Source of the DNA: Camelus dromedarius
Taxonomy: Eukaryota
NCBI RefSeq assembly: GCF_036321535.1
Contig: NC_087436.1
Location: 72,356,001-72,420,000 of the forward strand
DNA: 64,000 nt
Direction of reading: 5' to 3'
Within the stretch, counting starts at the first letter, position 1; each line of letters begins with the position of its first letter. Both the position numbers and the translations under genes were made by a program. Positions 14,361 through 25,269 of the stretch are shown here, piece by piece. Under the pieces are notes generated by a model that had not been told where the DNA came from, searched no databases, and was given only the letters and a program-made list of their open reading frames with translations.

Positions 14361-14443
14361 CTCCTCAAAAGCATCTGTACCATTGTCAGCACACACTTTT
14401 GCTGCAGGTCCAGGCAGAGGGATCTTCTTGGGTGAGCTTCACA
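14361..14443 (-). pseudogene. CXCL8-like pseudo-exon 3
   Basis: Polypyrimidine tract + AG|TGTGAAGCTC...CTCTGCCTGGAC...TTTTGAGGAG|GTGAGT. It is 83 nt (84 in CXCL8). Repaired, it reads VKLT-RRSLCLDLQQKCVLTMVQMLLRR versus [28 protein letters not shown]. Confidence 0.9.
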
Positions 14444-14993
14444 CTAAAAAAAAAAAAGAAGAAAGATTTTTGAGATGAATTATTTATCTGGTTTTAGATA
14501 TTCCTTTGCCATTGAAATCATGGACTTTTGGGTTCAGTGGTGAACTGAAATGACTCCAACAGGATTTCCTCACAATTTTCTGGTAGCCACAGCACCTCAC
14601 TTACATTGCTAAAGGCCAGTGGACCGAGCAGTCACAGTAAAGGAATTCCCAGGCACCTAGTCACTTCAATCACACTAATTCTCTATTCAAATTTAATTAT
14701 TATTTCAAAAACTCTCTCCTGCTTCTCTAATTACTTTAACTCTACAGGATGGAGGTTAACCAGCTCCCTAGAATGTGTTTTGGAGTTTGCTTACGTCAAA
14801 TAAATGAGACCACTGATCTAGGATTCAGAAATAAGGGCTACAACTAAAACTAAATTGACTTCTGTACCGTGTTAAGTTTCACAAAGACAGATTTTTCTTG
14901 CTGTTTTTTTTTTTTTTTACATCTGAACACTCAGTACCTAGACATTCTACGTTCGCAGATGCAAAATTACTCAGCACTTTTAAAAGCATTGAT

Positions 14994-15129
14994 GTGATTT
15001 CTCAGCTATTACAGTGGGATCTATTCTGAGTCATACTTCATTCTTTGATGCATTTGGGATACGAGGGAGTGGAACATGCCCTCACGCACTAGCACTGAAG
15101 CTCTGCACTCAGGCTTGGCGTGATGGAAG
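14994..15129 (-). pseudogene. CXCL8-like pseudo-exon 2 (ELR-CXC exon)
   Basis: 136 nt, the CXCL8 exon-2 size. Translates (A)SITPSLSAELQC*CVRACSTPSYPKCIKE*SMTQNRSHCNS*EI, versus artiodactyl IL-8 ...[38 protein letters not shown]. Acceptor is TG and donor is AT. Confidence 0.92.
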
Positions 15130-15750
15130 CAGTGAAACATAATGGAATAGAGACTGGTTTCATTAAAGGGCACAGCTTGCTAGAGACTCCTTAAACTCTA
15201 ATATGATGATTTTAAGGACCGTGGAAAATGTCTTAATTTTAAGGAATAGATTCCCTCAAGTAAAAGGCTAATTTTTGGCCAAACTTTGGCATCAATTTCC
15301 TTTCTTTTAAATGACTTTCACTGACTATTTTGAATAACTTTTTACATGAATATATATAATATTTGTATTTTTTAAATTAATATTGAAACTCCATATGGCA
15401 CTTTTTTGTAGAATGGCACTTTTTTTGTAGACTTGATTTTGTAGAATTCTCTGAGACACCATAATGGTATTTATAGGAGGTCATTAACAAAGAAATCACC
15501 TTCAGAAAGAATTACTAGAAACATATGACTGTTTCACAAAGATGTGAGATGGCCCACAACAATATTAGGGGCTTGTGAAAATGCTTCAATTTATTTTAAA
15601 ATCAAAAGAAAAAAATAAGGCTTTAGAGTCAAAGAAAGTGTTTTTTTCTTCACACAATAGAAAAATAGATGAAATTTGGAAAGTCCCCAAAAATCTACAA
15701 AATTTGCCTAAATCAAAAAAATAAAAAGTTGAAGTATTTAAAGTTATATC

Positions 15751-15880
15751 GGGGGGAGGGTATAGCTCAGTGGTAGAGTGCATGCCTAGCATGCAGAAGG
15801 TCCTGGGTTCAATGCTCAGTACCTTCATTAATAAAATAAAATAAACCTAATTACCTCCCCCCCAAAAATGTAAAAAATAG
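15751..15880 (+). mobile_element. Camelid tRNA-derived SINE (Vic-1-like) in intron 1 of the pseudogene
   Basis: A box (tagctcagtgg), B box (ggttcaat) and A-rich tail. Perfect 12-bp TSD taaagttatatc at 15739-15750 and 15881-15892. Confidence 0.9.
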
Positions 15881-16122
15881 TAAAGTTATATCAAAAAGCA
15901 TTTTTTAATATTTATATCATTATCATGGGAAAACCCCACAAAGGTCAAAGTGTCTAGGATCTGTGGAAGTCATTTTACATCACTATCAACATTAAATGAA
16001 TCCAAACAGATGTTTTGCTCAGATAAAAATCAATGTTTGTTCTTAAAGCATTTTGAATAGCCTTGCTTTGAGGATCAAAATTAGACAAAAGAAAACTCTA
16101 GTGACCGGACGGATGTGCCTAC

Positions 16123-16193
16123 CTTCACACGGTGCTACAGGAAGCCTGAAACTGCCAAGAAAGCAACAGAGCAATGGTGGGCTTGGAAGTCGT
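16123..16193 (-). pseudogene. CXCL8-like pseudo-exon 1 (signal peptide)
   Basis: Reverse complement reads gtaaac-ACGACTTCCAAG...TTCTTGGCAG...CCGTGTGAAG|gtagg, versus CXCL8 gtaaac-ATGACTTCCAAG...TGTGAAG|gt. The ATG is now ACG and the exon is 71 nt instead of 64 (frameshift). The donor is intact. Confidence 0.9.
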
Positions 16194-16293
16194 GTTTACT
16201 CTGGGCCCTTTCTTTCCAGTTTCCCGCAGCCTCAGACACTGGTGTGGTTGGCCGTCTCTGGGGACTTGTGTTGGCTGGAGTTCTCCTGAGGCA

Positions 16294-16300
16294 TTTTATA
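16294..16300 (-). promoter_or_regulatory. TATA box of the CXCL8-like pseudogene
   Basis: TATAAAA about 100 nt upstream of the dead start codon, in a context (gatgaggg...TATAAAAtgcc..ggagaactcca) that aligns with the CXCL8 core promoter. Confidence 0.75.
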
Positions 16301-16483
16301 TTATTGCAACACTAAAGGTTTGCGGGCCCTCATCCTTGCACTGTTACTGGAAATGACACAAAATCCAGTGTGTCCCCCTGCACTTTGAAACTAACCCTGA
16401 GGGAAACAAACACTACTACTTCAATTTTCAGCATGCTCTAAGTTGAATTGATTTGGTATAAGAACAGTTCTGTTTAACATACA

Positions 16484-17714
16484 TGTCTTATTCTGTTAGG
16501 GTTGCTGTAACAAAATCACCACAGACTGGGTGGCTTAACCAGCAAACACCATTTCTCAAAGTTCTGGAGGCTGCGAAGTTTAAGACCAAGATGCCAGCAG
16601 ATTGGGTGTCTGTGAGACCCCGCTTCCTGGTTAGAGATGGCCTTCTTCTCACTTTGTCCTCATTTGGCTGAAGGGGTAGGAGAGCTCTCGGGGTCTCTTT
16701 TATAAGAGCTGTACAGGCATACTTTCTTTTATTATGCTTCGATTCATTGCATTTAGCAGATATTGCATTTCTTACAAATTGAAGTTTTGTGGCAGCCCTG
16801 CGCGGAGCAAGTCTATTGGTGCCATTTTTCCAGCAGCATCTGCTCACTTCTCGTCTCTGTGTCATATTTTGTTAATTCTGGCAATATTTCAAACTTTTTC
16901 ATTATTATTATGTTTGTTATGGTGATCTGTGATCAGTGATCTTTGATGTGACTATTGTAAGTGTTTTAGGGTACCAAGAACCATGCCCATGTAAGATGTC
17001 AAGCTTAATCAAGAAATGCGTGTGTTGTGATGGCTTCCTCCATCACTCGTCCTCTCCTGAGGCCTCCCTATTCCCTGAGACATAACAACGTTGAAATTAG
17101 GCCAATTAATAATCTTGCAATAACCTCTAAATGTTCAAGTGAAAGGAAGAGTCGCACATCTCTCACTCTAAATCAAAAACAGGAAATGATTAAGCTTGAC
17201 GAAGAAGACATTGAAAGCCAAGATAGGCTGAAAGCTTGGCTTCTTGTGCCAAACACTTGCCAAGTTATGAATGCAAAGGAAATGTTCTTGAAGGAAATTG
17301 AAAGTGCTCCTCTGGTGAACACGTGATAAGAAAGCACAATAGCTTTATTGCTGATATGGAAAAAGTTTTAGTGGTCTGGGTAGATGATCAACCAGCCACA
17401 ACAATGTGTTCTACATTGGTTTTTTTTTAGACATAATGCTGTTGCACATGTATACTACAGTATAGAGTGAAAATAATTTTTACATATGCTAGGAAGCCAA
17501 AAAAATCATGTGACTTACTTCATTGAGATATTCACTCCATTGGGGTTGTCTGGAATGGAAGCCCCATATCTGTAATGTGAGTTTCATTCCAGACAAGGTG
17601 TCTGTAATCTAATTTATGAAAACTCCCAAAGGCCCCATCTCCAAATATCGTCACACAGGGGATTAGGTTTCAGTGTATGACTTTTGGGGGGACACAGATA
17701 TTCAGCCCATAACA
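16484..17714 (-). mobile_element. MaLR LTR (MLT1A/B-like), split by Tigger1
   Basis: Typical ends tgtctta..ctgttagggttgctgtaacaaaat and ...ggacacagatattcagcccataaca. TSD ataca/gtaca. Confidence 0.8.
16714..17604 (+). mobile_element. Internally deleted Tigger1 DNA transposon
   Basis: Begins ta|CAGGCATAC and ends ...ggtgtctg|ta (TA target). ORF 17027-17326 contains SERKSRTSLTLNQKQEMIKL, the Tigger1 transposase N-terminus. Confidence 0.85.
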
Positions 17715-17759
17715 GTACACATCTCTCAATTTGATTATTTGTATTTATATTCCTAATTT

Positions 17760-18280
17760 TTATAATATTTTTCTTTTGAAATAACTTTGAACTTATAGAA
17801 AAGTTGCAAGAATAGTATAGAGAATTCCAGAATACTCCTCTCTCAGATTTCCCAGTGTTTCCTAAGAACAAGAAAACTCTCTCACAACCAGTTACAATTA
17901 TCAAAACTAGGACATGAACAGTCACACAATACTATTATTTAATTACAAACTTTATTCACTTTATGACATTGTCCCAATGATATTCTTTACATAGATGGAT
18001 AGAGAGATAGACGGATGGATGGATGATGGATGGATGGATAGATGAATGATGAATGGACTAATGGATAGAGACAGAGAGAGAGAGAGGTAAGTATTCCAGA
18101 ATCCAAATCTAGGATTGCATATTGCATTTAGTTGTCAAATATCTTTAGTCTTCTTTATTCTGAAACAGAATTTCCTCAGTTTGGATTTGTCTGATATTTC
18201 TTCATGGTTAGATTCATTTTGGGCAGCAACATCCCAGGGTGATGTTTTGTACTTCTCAGTGCATCATATAAGAATATATC
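17760..18280 (-). mobile_element. Old L1 (L1M) 3' fragment with an embedded (TGGA)n/(GA)n repeat
   Basis: ttgaaataactttgaacttatagaaaagttgcaagaatagta is a typical antisense L1M 3' UTR signature. Confidence 0.6.
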
Positions 18281-20134
18281 CCTATTTCCATATACACAAA
18301 CAATAGTAACATTACCCCTAAATTTGAATCTTCGAACATTCAATGGAGTTATTGATATTACCCCTAGACCTTTTGGCAAATATATTATATCATCCATTTT
18401 AAAAAATCATCGTCACTATTGTTATTAATGTAATTATGAGTATTATGGTTCATTTTCCAAGAGTTCAGAAAAGAAAAAGCAGTTGCCAAGGCAATTAATG
18501 GCCGAGTATTTATCACAATTTTCTGTTCTAACATGTTCAAATTCTTAACACATACGAGCAACCACGGCATCAAATTCTGAGTCAGAGAAGAAGAGCCTAG
18601 GGCTGTACAGGGACTGGGCAGAGCTGGAAGCCTGTCAGGGATCCGATTTCAGCAAGGCAGCCTCTATTCAGGAAACCAGACTCAGAGTCTGCTGCTTTCC
18701 TACAACACACATTCCCCTCCAGTCACCTCGGCAGGCATGGCTAAACCAATGGACAGTCAGGGGAGCACAACTACGTGCTCTCCTACCTTGGTTCCAACCT
18801 CACGTTTACTCCCCCACCTGCCTACCTGAATCCCAGAGCCTGCAATGCTTGCTTTGTAGAAATTTCTAGAATAAGTTAAGTTAAAGAGGCCTCTGTAGGA
18901 ATCATGACTCCTTCTCTGTTTATGGAGCCACTTTCACTTCCCACACATCACAGAGTGTGTCCCCTACACAGCTCCGAAATCTGTCTCCTTTCTTCCTTCT
19001 ATCTTTTTGCCTTCTCTTTTCCACTTCCTTTCATCGTTCTTTTCTTCTTAACTTCTGTCATAGTTCTGTATTACAAAGTGATTCATTTTTGAGGACATAA
19101 AAATATAAAAAAGAAAAGAAAAATCGTCATCTCACTCTCCAGGGATTATGGCTATTAAGGTTTTGGTATGTATATATATCTGTATATATCTTGTGTGTCA
19201 TGTTTATGTCTTGGCTATTTTGCCTTCTGTTTTGTCGTCAGCATATTTTAACATCAGTCGGTGCTTCTATGTCACAATTGTCTGGCCAGTATTTCTACTT
19301 CTACTTCTACTTGCATTTGTGAAGCATTTCAACATGTTACTTGACCTAGTCTTTTAAAAATTTTTTAGAAGTTTCTTAGTGAATTTCTACTCCCTTCCTA
19401 GTTTCACTGCACTAGACTGAACCCTCTTTCTCTCCCCCAGATCAACCATAGGAATCTCCTAAATGATCTACCCTCAAGCTCTCCCCTTCCACCATTCACT
19501 CACTTCTGCTAAGTGAACTTCCTAAAATAGGAATGTAACCATGTCTTTTCCCAGCTTTAATCTTCAGTGTTTACCCCCTTGCCATGGTGTCCAGGATACT
19601 TTACATTCTTGCCCTGATAAGTTTTCTCTGCTTGGACTCTTCTGAATTCTCCAGACTCTTCTCTAGATCTGTCTCTCCTCCCATCCTTAGCTTCAGTCTT
19701 TCAAATTCTGGTACCTCTGAATCTTTGTTCATACTAGTCCCTCTGTCTGGAATACCTTTCCCCTTTTTGGCATGACAAAACCTATGCAACCTTTACAATT
19801 CAACCCAGGTAGCACCCCTGCTTGCACTTCCTATAAGTTCCTTCTTCCAACCTCCCCCTCACCATAGGAGTTAAGATCTCAAGGTTTGCCCTCTTCTGGC
19901 TGTGAGCCTTCCTACGGCCCACTGGACCCCTTCCAGTCACTTCTTGGTTTCTTTCTCCTTAACAATAGGAGCTGAATTTGTATCTCAAGTACTTCACACG
20001 TGTGAACACTTAAGAAGAATCTGCTGGAAGGAATAAATCTTTCATAGTTATTCTGGCTCAGCAGCCAAGAGTCTCTGTGTCTGAGGCCAGCTTCCTTCTG
20101 TTGACTCTATTCCAACTTTAGCATGCCTAACACA

Positions 20135-20199
20135 TGAGTCACGGACCCTGGCCATGTCATTTGTTGACGTGGCTATGAAGAACAATTGTGGAATTTCCC
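20135..20199. promoter_or_regulatory. Candidate inflammatory enhancer: AP-1 TGAGTCA, CRE-like TGACGT, NF-kB GGGAAATTCC (minus strand)
   Basis: Three motifs within 65 bp in apparently unique sequence. Motif evidence only. Confidence 0.45.
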
Positions 20200-20650
20200 A
20201 AGGACTTCAGAATCTCCCTTTAAAATCCCTTTCTCCAAATATTTGTATCCTAGGTGCCTCCAGAGAAAAAGGGTAATAGGGCATTGTTACCCTGATGATA
20301 AATCAGCCCTTGAAAAAAATCTCCCACAATAACTTTGCTTTAGGAGCACCCAAAGAGGAAACCAAATGAGAGTTAGTTTACAAATTTGATAAATTAAAAT
20401 TTAACATACAGATTTTAATGTAGTCAATGTGAGAGTAGTTTGGGTAGACATCCAGAAGGACAGTGAGAAATCTATATGACTAATTCAAAATACTAAACTG
20501 AGGAAAGAAAACTCTCTTTGAACTTACCCTAACGTGGGCTTTATGTAAAAATATTCACCATTTTGACCATACAACAGAATACTCTTATAATGGTCACTAG
20601 TTATCAGTTACTAGGGTCACAGGTTCCTAACCTAAAGATAAGGAAAAATT

Positions 20651-20860
20651 TGGGAGTCTGAGATTTGCAAATGATAGCCACTATATAAAAAAATAGATAA
20701 AAACAAATTTCTTCTGTATAGCATAGGAAACACTACTCAGTATCTTGCAATAACCTTTAATGAAAAAGAATATGAAAACAAATATATGCATGACTGGGAC
20801 ATTGTGCTGTACACCAGAAATTAACACATTGTGACAATACTTCAATTAAAAAAAAAAAAA
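20651..20860 (+). mobile_element. Young 5'-truncated L1 3' end with poly(A)
   Basis: ctgtatagcataggaaac...gctgtacaccagaaattaacacattgt...caattaaaaaaaaaaaa. Confidence 0.75.
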
Positions 20861-20919
20861 GGACTAACATTTTTACATGCTTTAGACAATGATGCCACTC
20901 AGATAGATGAGAACTTCAT

Positions 20920-21820
20920 CACAGCCATAGGGGGAATGCTTCATGAAGCCAATTAGCTTGAGCTCCAAAACCCTCAGTAGGTAGTCATTTTTCAAGGTCT
21001 TGGGAGGGGCCCTAGCAAGGGTCATACATTTTTATAAGATTTGCTGAAGTTACATATTTTAACCAAATTGGTTAGAACTGCTTATTTTTCTCCCTCCCAC
21101 TTTCCCTCTTTATACTTCTTCTGCTGGACGACATTGATGTGGCTGTGCTTTTGAGGTCCGGTTGAGAAGCTGAGTTGAGGATATCTAAATTTAGTTTAGA
21201 CTTAGTGATATTTATTTTACAGATTCACAGTCGTGTTATGAATGATTCTGTGTTTACTAGCCATCCTGGTGTGAGACTAGCTTCTAGGAGTATCCTTCTG
21301 CCCAGTGTGCCTGCTCCCCCAGCTTCCTGATGCAACAATCAGAATGGTCTTAAGGTACACGATACTAAAATGATGCAAGTGTGGGAGAAAGAAGATTGGA
21401 CATATGCAGAGCCAGAAGTTAGTCTGGGGGAAATTCTTTCAAGGATTAACGTGCAAAGTCAAGAGCAGAGGCTTCAGTACACGTCAACTTTAGACAAAAC
21501 AAATATTCCCAGTTCAGGAATATACTTAATAATGCAGGGTTTACAATTGTAAATTTTCATACTTTTTCCCCTACTTGACTGGAATCATGCTACATAGAAT
21601 TTATCAGAATTTCTATGTTTGTAGAGCACACACCTCCAGTAGCACGACAAATAGTTCAGTGCATCCGTCTATGAAATTACAGATCCAGCTATCTACAATA
21701 AAAACAAATTTTGATCAACCATCCTAACAGAAAGAATAAACTATCTTTCTACTCTTTGTATAGCAGATCACCTTAAAAATCCTTGTTATGTGAAGAGGAA
21801 AACAAGATTATGTAACCCAA
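20920..21820. mobile_element. Degenerate hAT-type DNA transposon remnant
   Basis: Resembles hAT/Tip100-class MER elements. Family is uncertain. Confidence 0.35.
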
Positions 21821-21833
21821 ACTGGAGAGCATA

Positions 21834-21970
21834 GGGGAGGGTGTAGCTCAGTGGTAGAGTGCATGCTTAGCATGCACGAGGTCCTGGGTTCAACCCCCAG
21901 TACCTCTATACAAAATAAATTAGTAAATAAATAAATAAATAAATACTTAATTACTACCCCCCAAAAGAAA
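21834..21970 (+). mobile_element. Camelid tRNA-derived SINE (Vic-1-like)
   Basis: ggggagggtgtagctcagtggtagagtgcatgcttagcatgcacgaggtcctgggttcaa followed by an (AAAT)n tail. Confidence 0.9.
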
Positions 21971-22729
21971 AACTGAATAGTAGAAGTATTTTAATGGTGT
22001 TGCAAGTGGTTATTTAATAAGCACACACTATCATCTTAATTTTCTTTAGTGGTATTTTTCAGCCCCATAAATTTTTTATTTGTTATGTGTATATTTTTAT
22101 ATATTTTTTTCTTTTTCAAAACCAAGATTCATTTTTACACTGTAATTTTTCTTTTTTCTTTTAGAGTGTCTCCATAGTTGTATGACCCTGTAGAACATGG
22201 ATCTGCACAATTTAAGGTTTTTTGAAGTTTCGTGTGTATACTGCTCATTGTTGCCTTCAGCAGAGTAGCCCTTGTCCCCTCACTTGGAGCCTCATGGCGT
22301 CCAAGAGCAGTACCTACAAAAAGTCCTCCCGTGCTTGAATCCACCACACAGCTTCCTCACTTCGTGACCACGCTGCTCTCTCTGCCTCTGTTCCCTCACC
22401 TCTAAAACAAAGGTGATGGAAGGAACCCAGAAGAGGGCTGAGGGCTCATTAAGGTACATTTTTTAAGCCATTTAGCTCATTATCTAATACAGATTATATA
22501 CTCAATAAATGATAGGTATCATTATTAGGGTGTCACAGAAATTCTATTATATTTTTCACATGAATTGTTTCTCATTTTTAGAAGACTTAGATCTACTTAC
22601 AATAATAGTCTAAAATCAGTCTCAAATCTATGAATGAAATCACTATTATACTATCTCATATGTTTGAAAATAATTGAAATAGCCAGATAAATGCCAGACA
22701 TTTGATTCCAGATAAATATTTGAAGAAAA

Positions 22730-22990
22730 AAAAATAAGCCAGAGAATCTAATGTATAACGTGGTGACTAGTTGATAATACTGTGCTGTGTAACTGAAATT
22801 TGCTAAGAGAGTAGAACTTGTATGTTCTTACAAAAAAAAAAAGTGTGTGAGGTGATGGACGTGTTAATTAACTAGATGGGAGGGATCCTTTCACAATGTA
22901 TACACATATCAAATCATCACAATGTACACTTTAAATATTTTACAATCTTCCTGATTATACCTCAATAAAGCTGAAAAACAAGTAAAAAAA
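22730..22990 (+). mobile_element. L1 3' end fragment (L1MA-like)
   Basis: ctaatgtataacgtggtgact...aaatttgctaagagagtagaactt...tatacctcaataaagctgaaaaa. Confidence 0.75.
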
Positions 22991-25269
22991 AAGTCATATA
23001 TTCATAACCAAATAAATTGTTTAAAAAATTTTTAAAGAAAAGAAATGATCCTAGTATATATTTAAATATGCTCAAAATGTTTCCTCTGGCAAAAAACAAC
23101 AACAACCATCATTTCTTTGTTTCAGGGAAACGGTATTTTAATCAAGCATTGTGACAGGACCACTTGGTGCCCAAGGGCAGCTGCCTGGCCCAGGTGGAAG
23201 AGCTTCACATGTCACACTGCTCTGACTTAGAATCCAAGCTCCCCCACTTGCTGCCTGTGTGACTAAGAGCAACCTCTCTGAATCCCAGTTAACTCATAGA
23301 TGAAGGATTGATAATCCTGCCTGGTGAGGTTACCAGGTGTGAGACTCCAACACACTAATCCACAGAAAAAGCCTGCACCCTGCAGCACATAGAATCGAGC
23401 AGACACTCAATGTATATTTGAATCCCCACTCTTTTCAGCATTGCCCAGCTGTTGTTCTTTATCGCGACCTCTACTGTAACCTCAAGACCTACAAACCTGG
23501 ACATGAATACGTTTATGTATTAGTGATCTTGCACATTTGCGAAACACTTTGGAGTTTTCAGAATGATCTGTCACGAGTAACAGAGAGGCTAACTGGCCCG
23601 TGGTCACACAGCTAGTAGTTACAGAGCTGAGGCCCCGGACCCAGTTCTTCAGACCCAGATCCAGCAGACCCCACCAGGCTCCAGTCTCCCCACGGAGCCT
23701 CTCACATAGTTTTCAGGATGGTATATACAAAAGACAGCCCTTATAAAAAGTGAAAGTGTGCCGGGTCCATGAATTACTACTTTGGATTAGAAATGGTCAA
23801 GAACATGCTTAAGGTAAATTGTAAGAGGAAATAATTTCTCCTTCCTTGCTCTGTGCTTCCTTTCTGAGGATGGGTCCCCATGCCAGTTCTCGTGACTCAT
23901 CTTGCTCCCTTCAACCATCACGCTCACCTTGAGTGCCGCAAAGCATCCTGGGACATGGCCACGCATGGGAAGATGAACCCAGTACCAAAGCAGGTATACC
24001 AAGACCCACTAGAATGTGAGCTCCGTGAGGGCAGAGATTTCTATCTATTTTATTCACTCAAATTCCTAAACACTGCCTTGAACATAGTAGGCACTCAATA
24101 CATATTTTTTGATTGAGTGAATTCTACTTAACAAGAATGAGATTCTGACTTCTGACCTCATAAGGGAATTTTGGGCAGCTGTGAGGTGGCTCCTAGTCTG
24201 AATTCTTACAGCACTTAAGGCAGTTTACCTGGAATTGCTATCAGGTGTCAGGGGAGGTGTCAGCTGGTCTCCCACCTACACCGTAAACTCTTTTGGGACA
24301 AGGGCTGGACCCGTCTTTCAGAGCAAGTGTACGTAGAAAATGCTAAACTTAGCAGGTGCATAATAAGTATGTGTATAATTCTTCTTTGAGAAATTGATAT
24401 TTATACAAATTATTAAGTCAATTTTATAGCTATATTTCTAACTAACAAATTCAATTTGGCTTAAACCACAGTGAATAGGGTATCAGTTTTTTTTAAATCC
24501 AAAATGCCAATGTCCTAATCTAGCCCATAGGTTGCTATCTTCTAACCAGAAGGTATTTTGTGCTAAATGTCTTGTTATCAAAGATTGGATGGGATTAAAG
24601 GCAAAGGAGGTAGAGGGCTTTGAGGGCTGTGTCGTCCAGGCCATGCTGAAGCCTCCCAGAGGCCACCTCATGTGACCAGTCCAGGGTCCCCCGTAGCTTG
24701 GTGCTTGTGGTTACTATAGTTCAGGCCACAGATAGCACTTTCAATGGAGGCACGGGGCAGCATTTCACACAAAAGTATTCAGAGAAAACAGTGGCTTAAA
24801 TCCTAAGCAAAATACATAATGACAATAGTTTTTAAAATCCCATAAAATCAAAAACTTTCCCATCTAGTTTGGGATAATGTTAATGTTTTGTGGCTTCTTG
24901 GATTTGCTCCTCCAATGACTGTCTTTCTTCTACTTGCGTTCAGAATCACCCACTCTTGCAAACTCTGATGAATTCTGACACCACACTTTTAGAATCAGAG
25001 AGTAGTCTGTCCAATCCTTGGTATGCACTGGAGGGTAGAACATTTTTTAATTGGAATGTCACAGGAAACCTCTGTGTGCTGCCAAGTTTGTAAAACAACA
25101 TGCAGCCAGACATTTGCAGGGCCAGTTACCTCGCTGTAGAATGTGGCAAGTGAACTCCCCTATTACACCCGAACAGGCCATGAGAAACATATACCCTCCT
25201 CTCACATCCTCTTCTCCAGCACAAGTCGACTGCCACCTCCTCAGAAATATCAACAACAGAAACCTTTTG

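Larger units (their letters stand above)
12950..16360 (-). pseudogene. Unprocessed CXCL8 (interleukin-8)-like pseudogene with promoter remnant, four exon remnants and 3' UTR
   Basis: Minus-strand blocks match CXCL8 exon 1 (16193-16123), exon 2 (15129-14994), exon 3 (14443-14361) and exon 4 (14028-14010) in the correct order. TATAAAA at 16300-16294; 3' UTR similarity extends to about 12950. Multiple disabling lesions. Confidence 0.92.

Noticed and set aside
14598..14700. Minus-strand AT|GTAAGT donor that looked like the end of CXCL8 exon 2
   Set aside because: No CXC motif upstream. The true exon-2 homolog is at 15129-14994, so this is at most a cryptic intronic site.
15751..15830. tRNA-like sequence (A/B boxes), also at 21834, 60915 and 62639
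   Set aside because: Followed by A-rich tails, flanked by TSDs and dispersed in several copies. These are SINEs, not tRNA genes.
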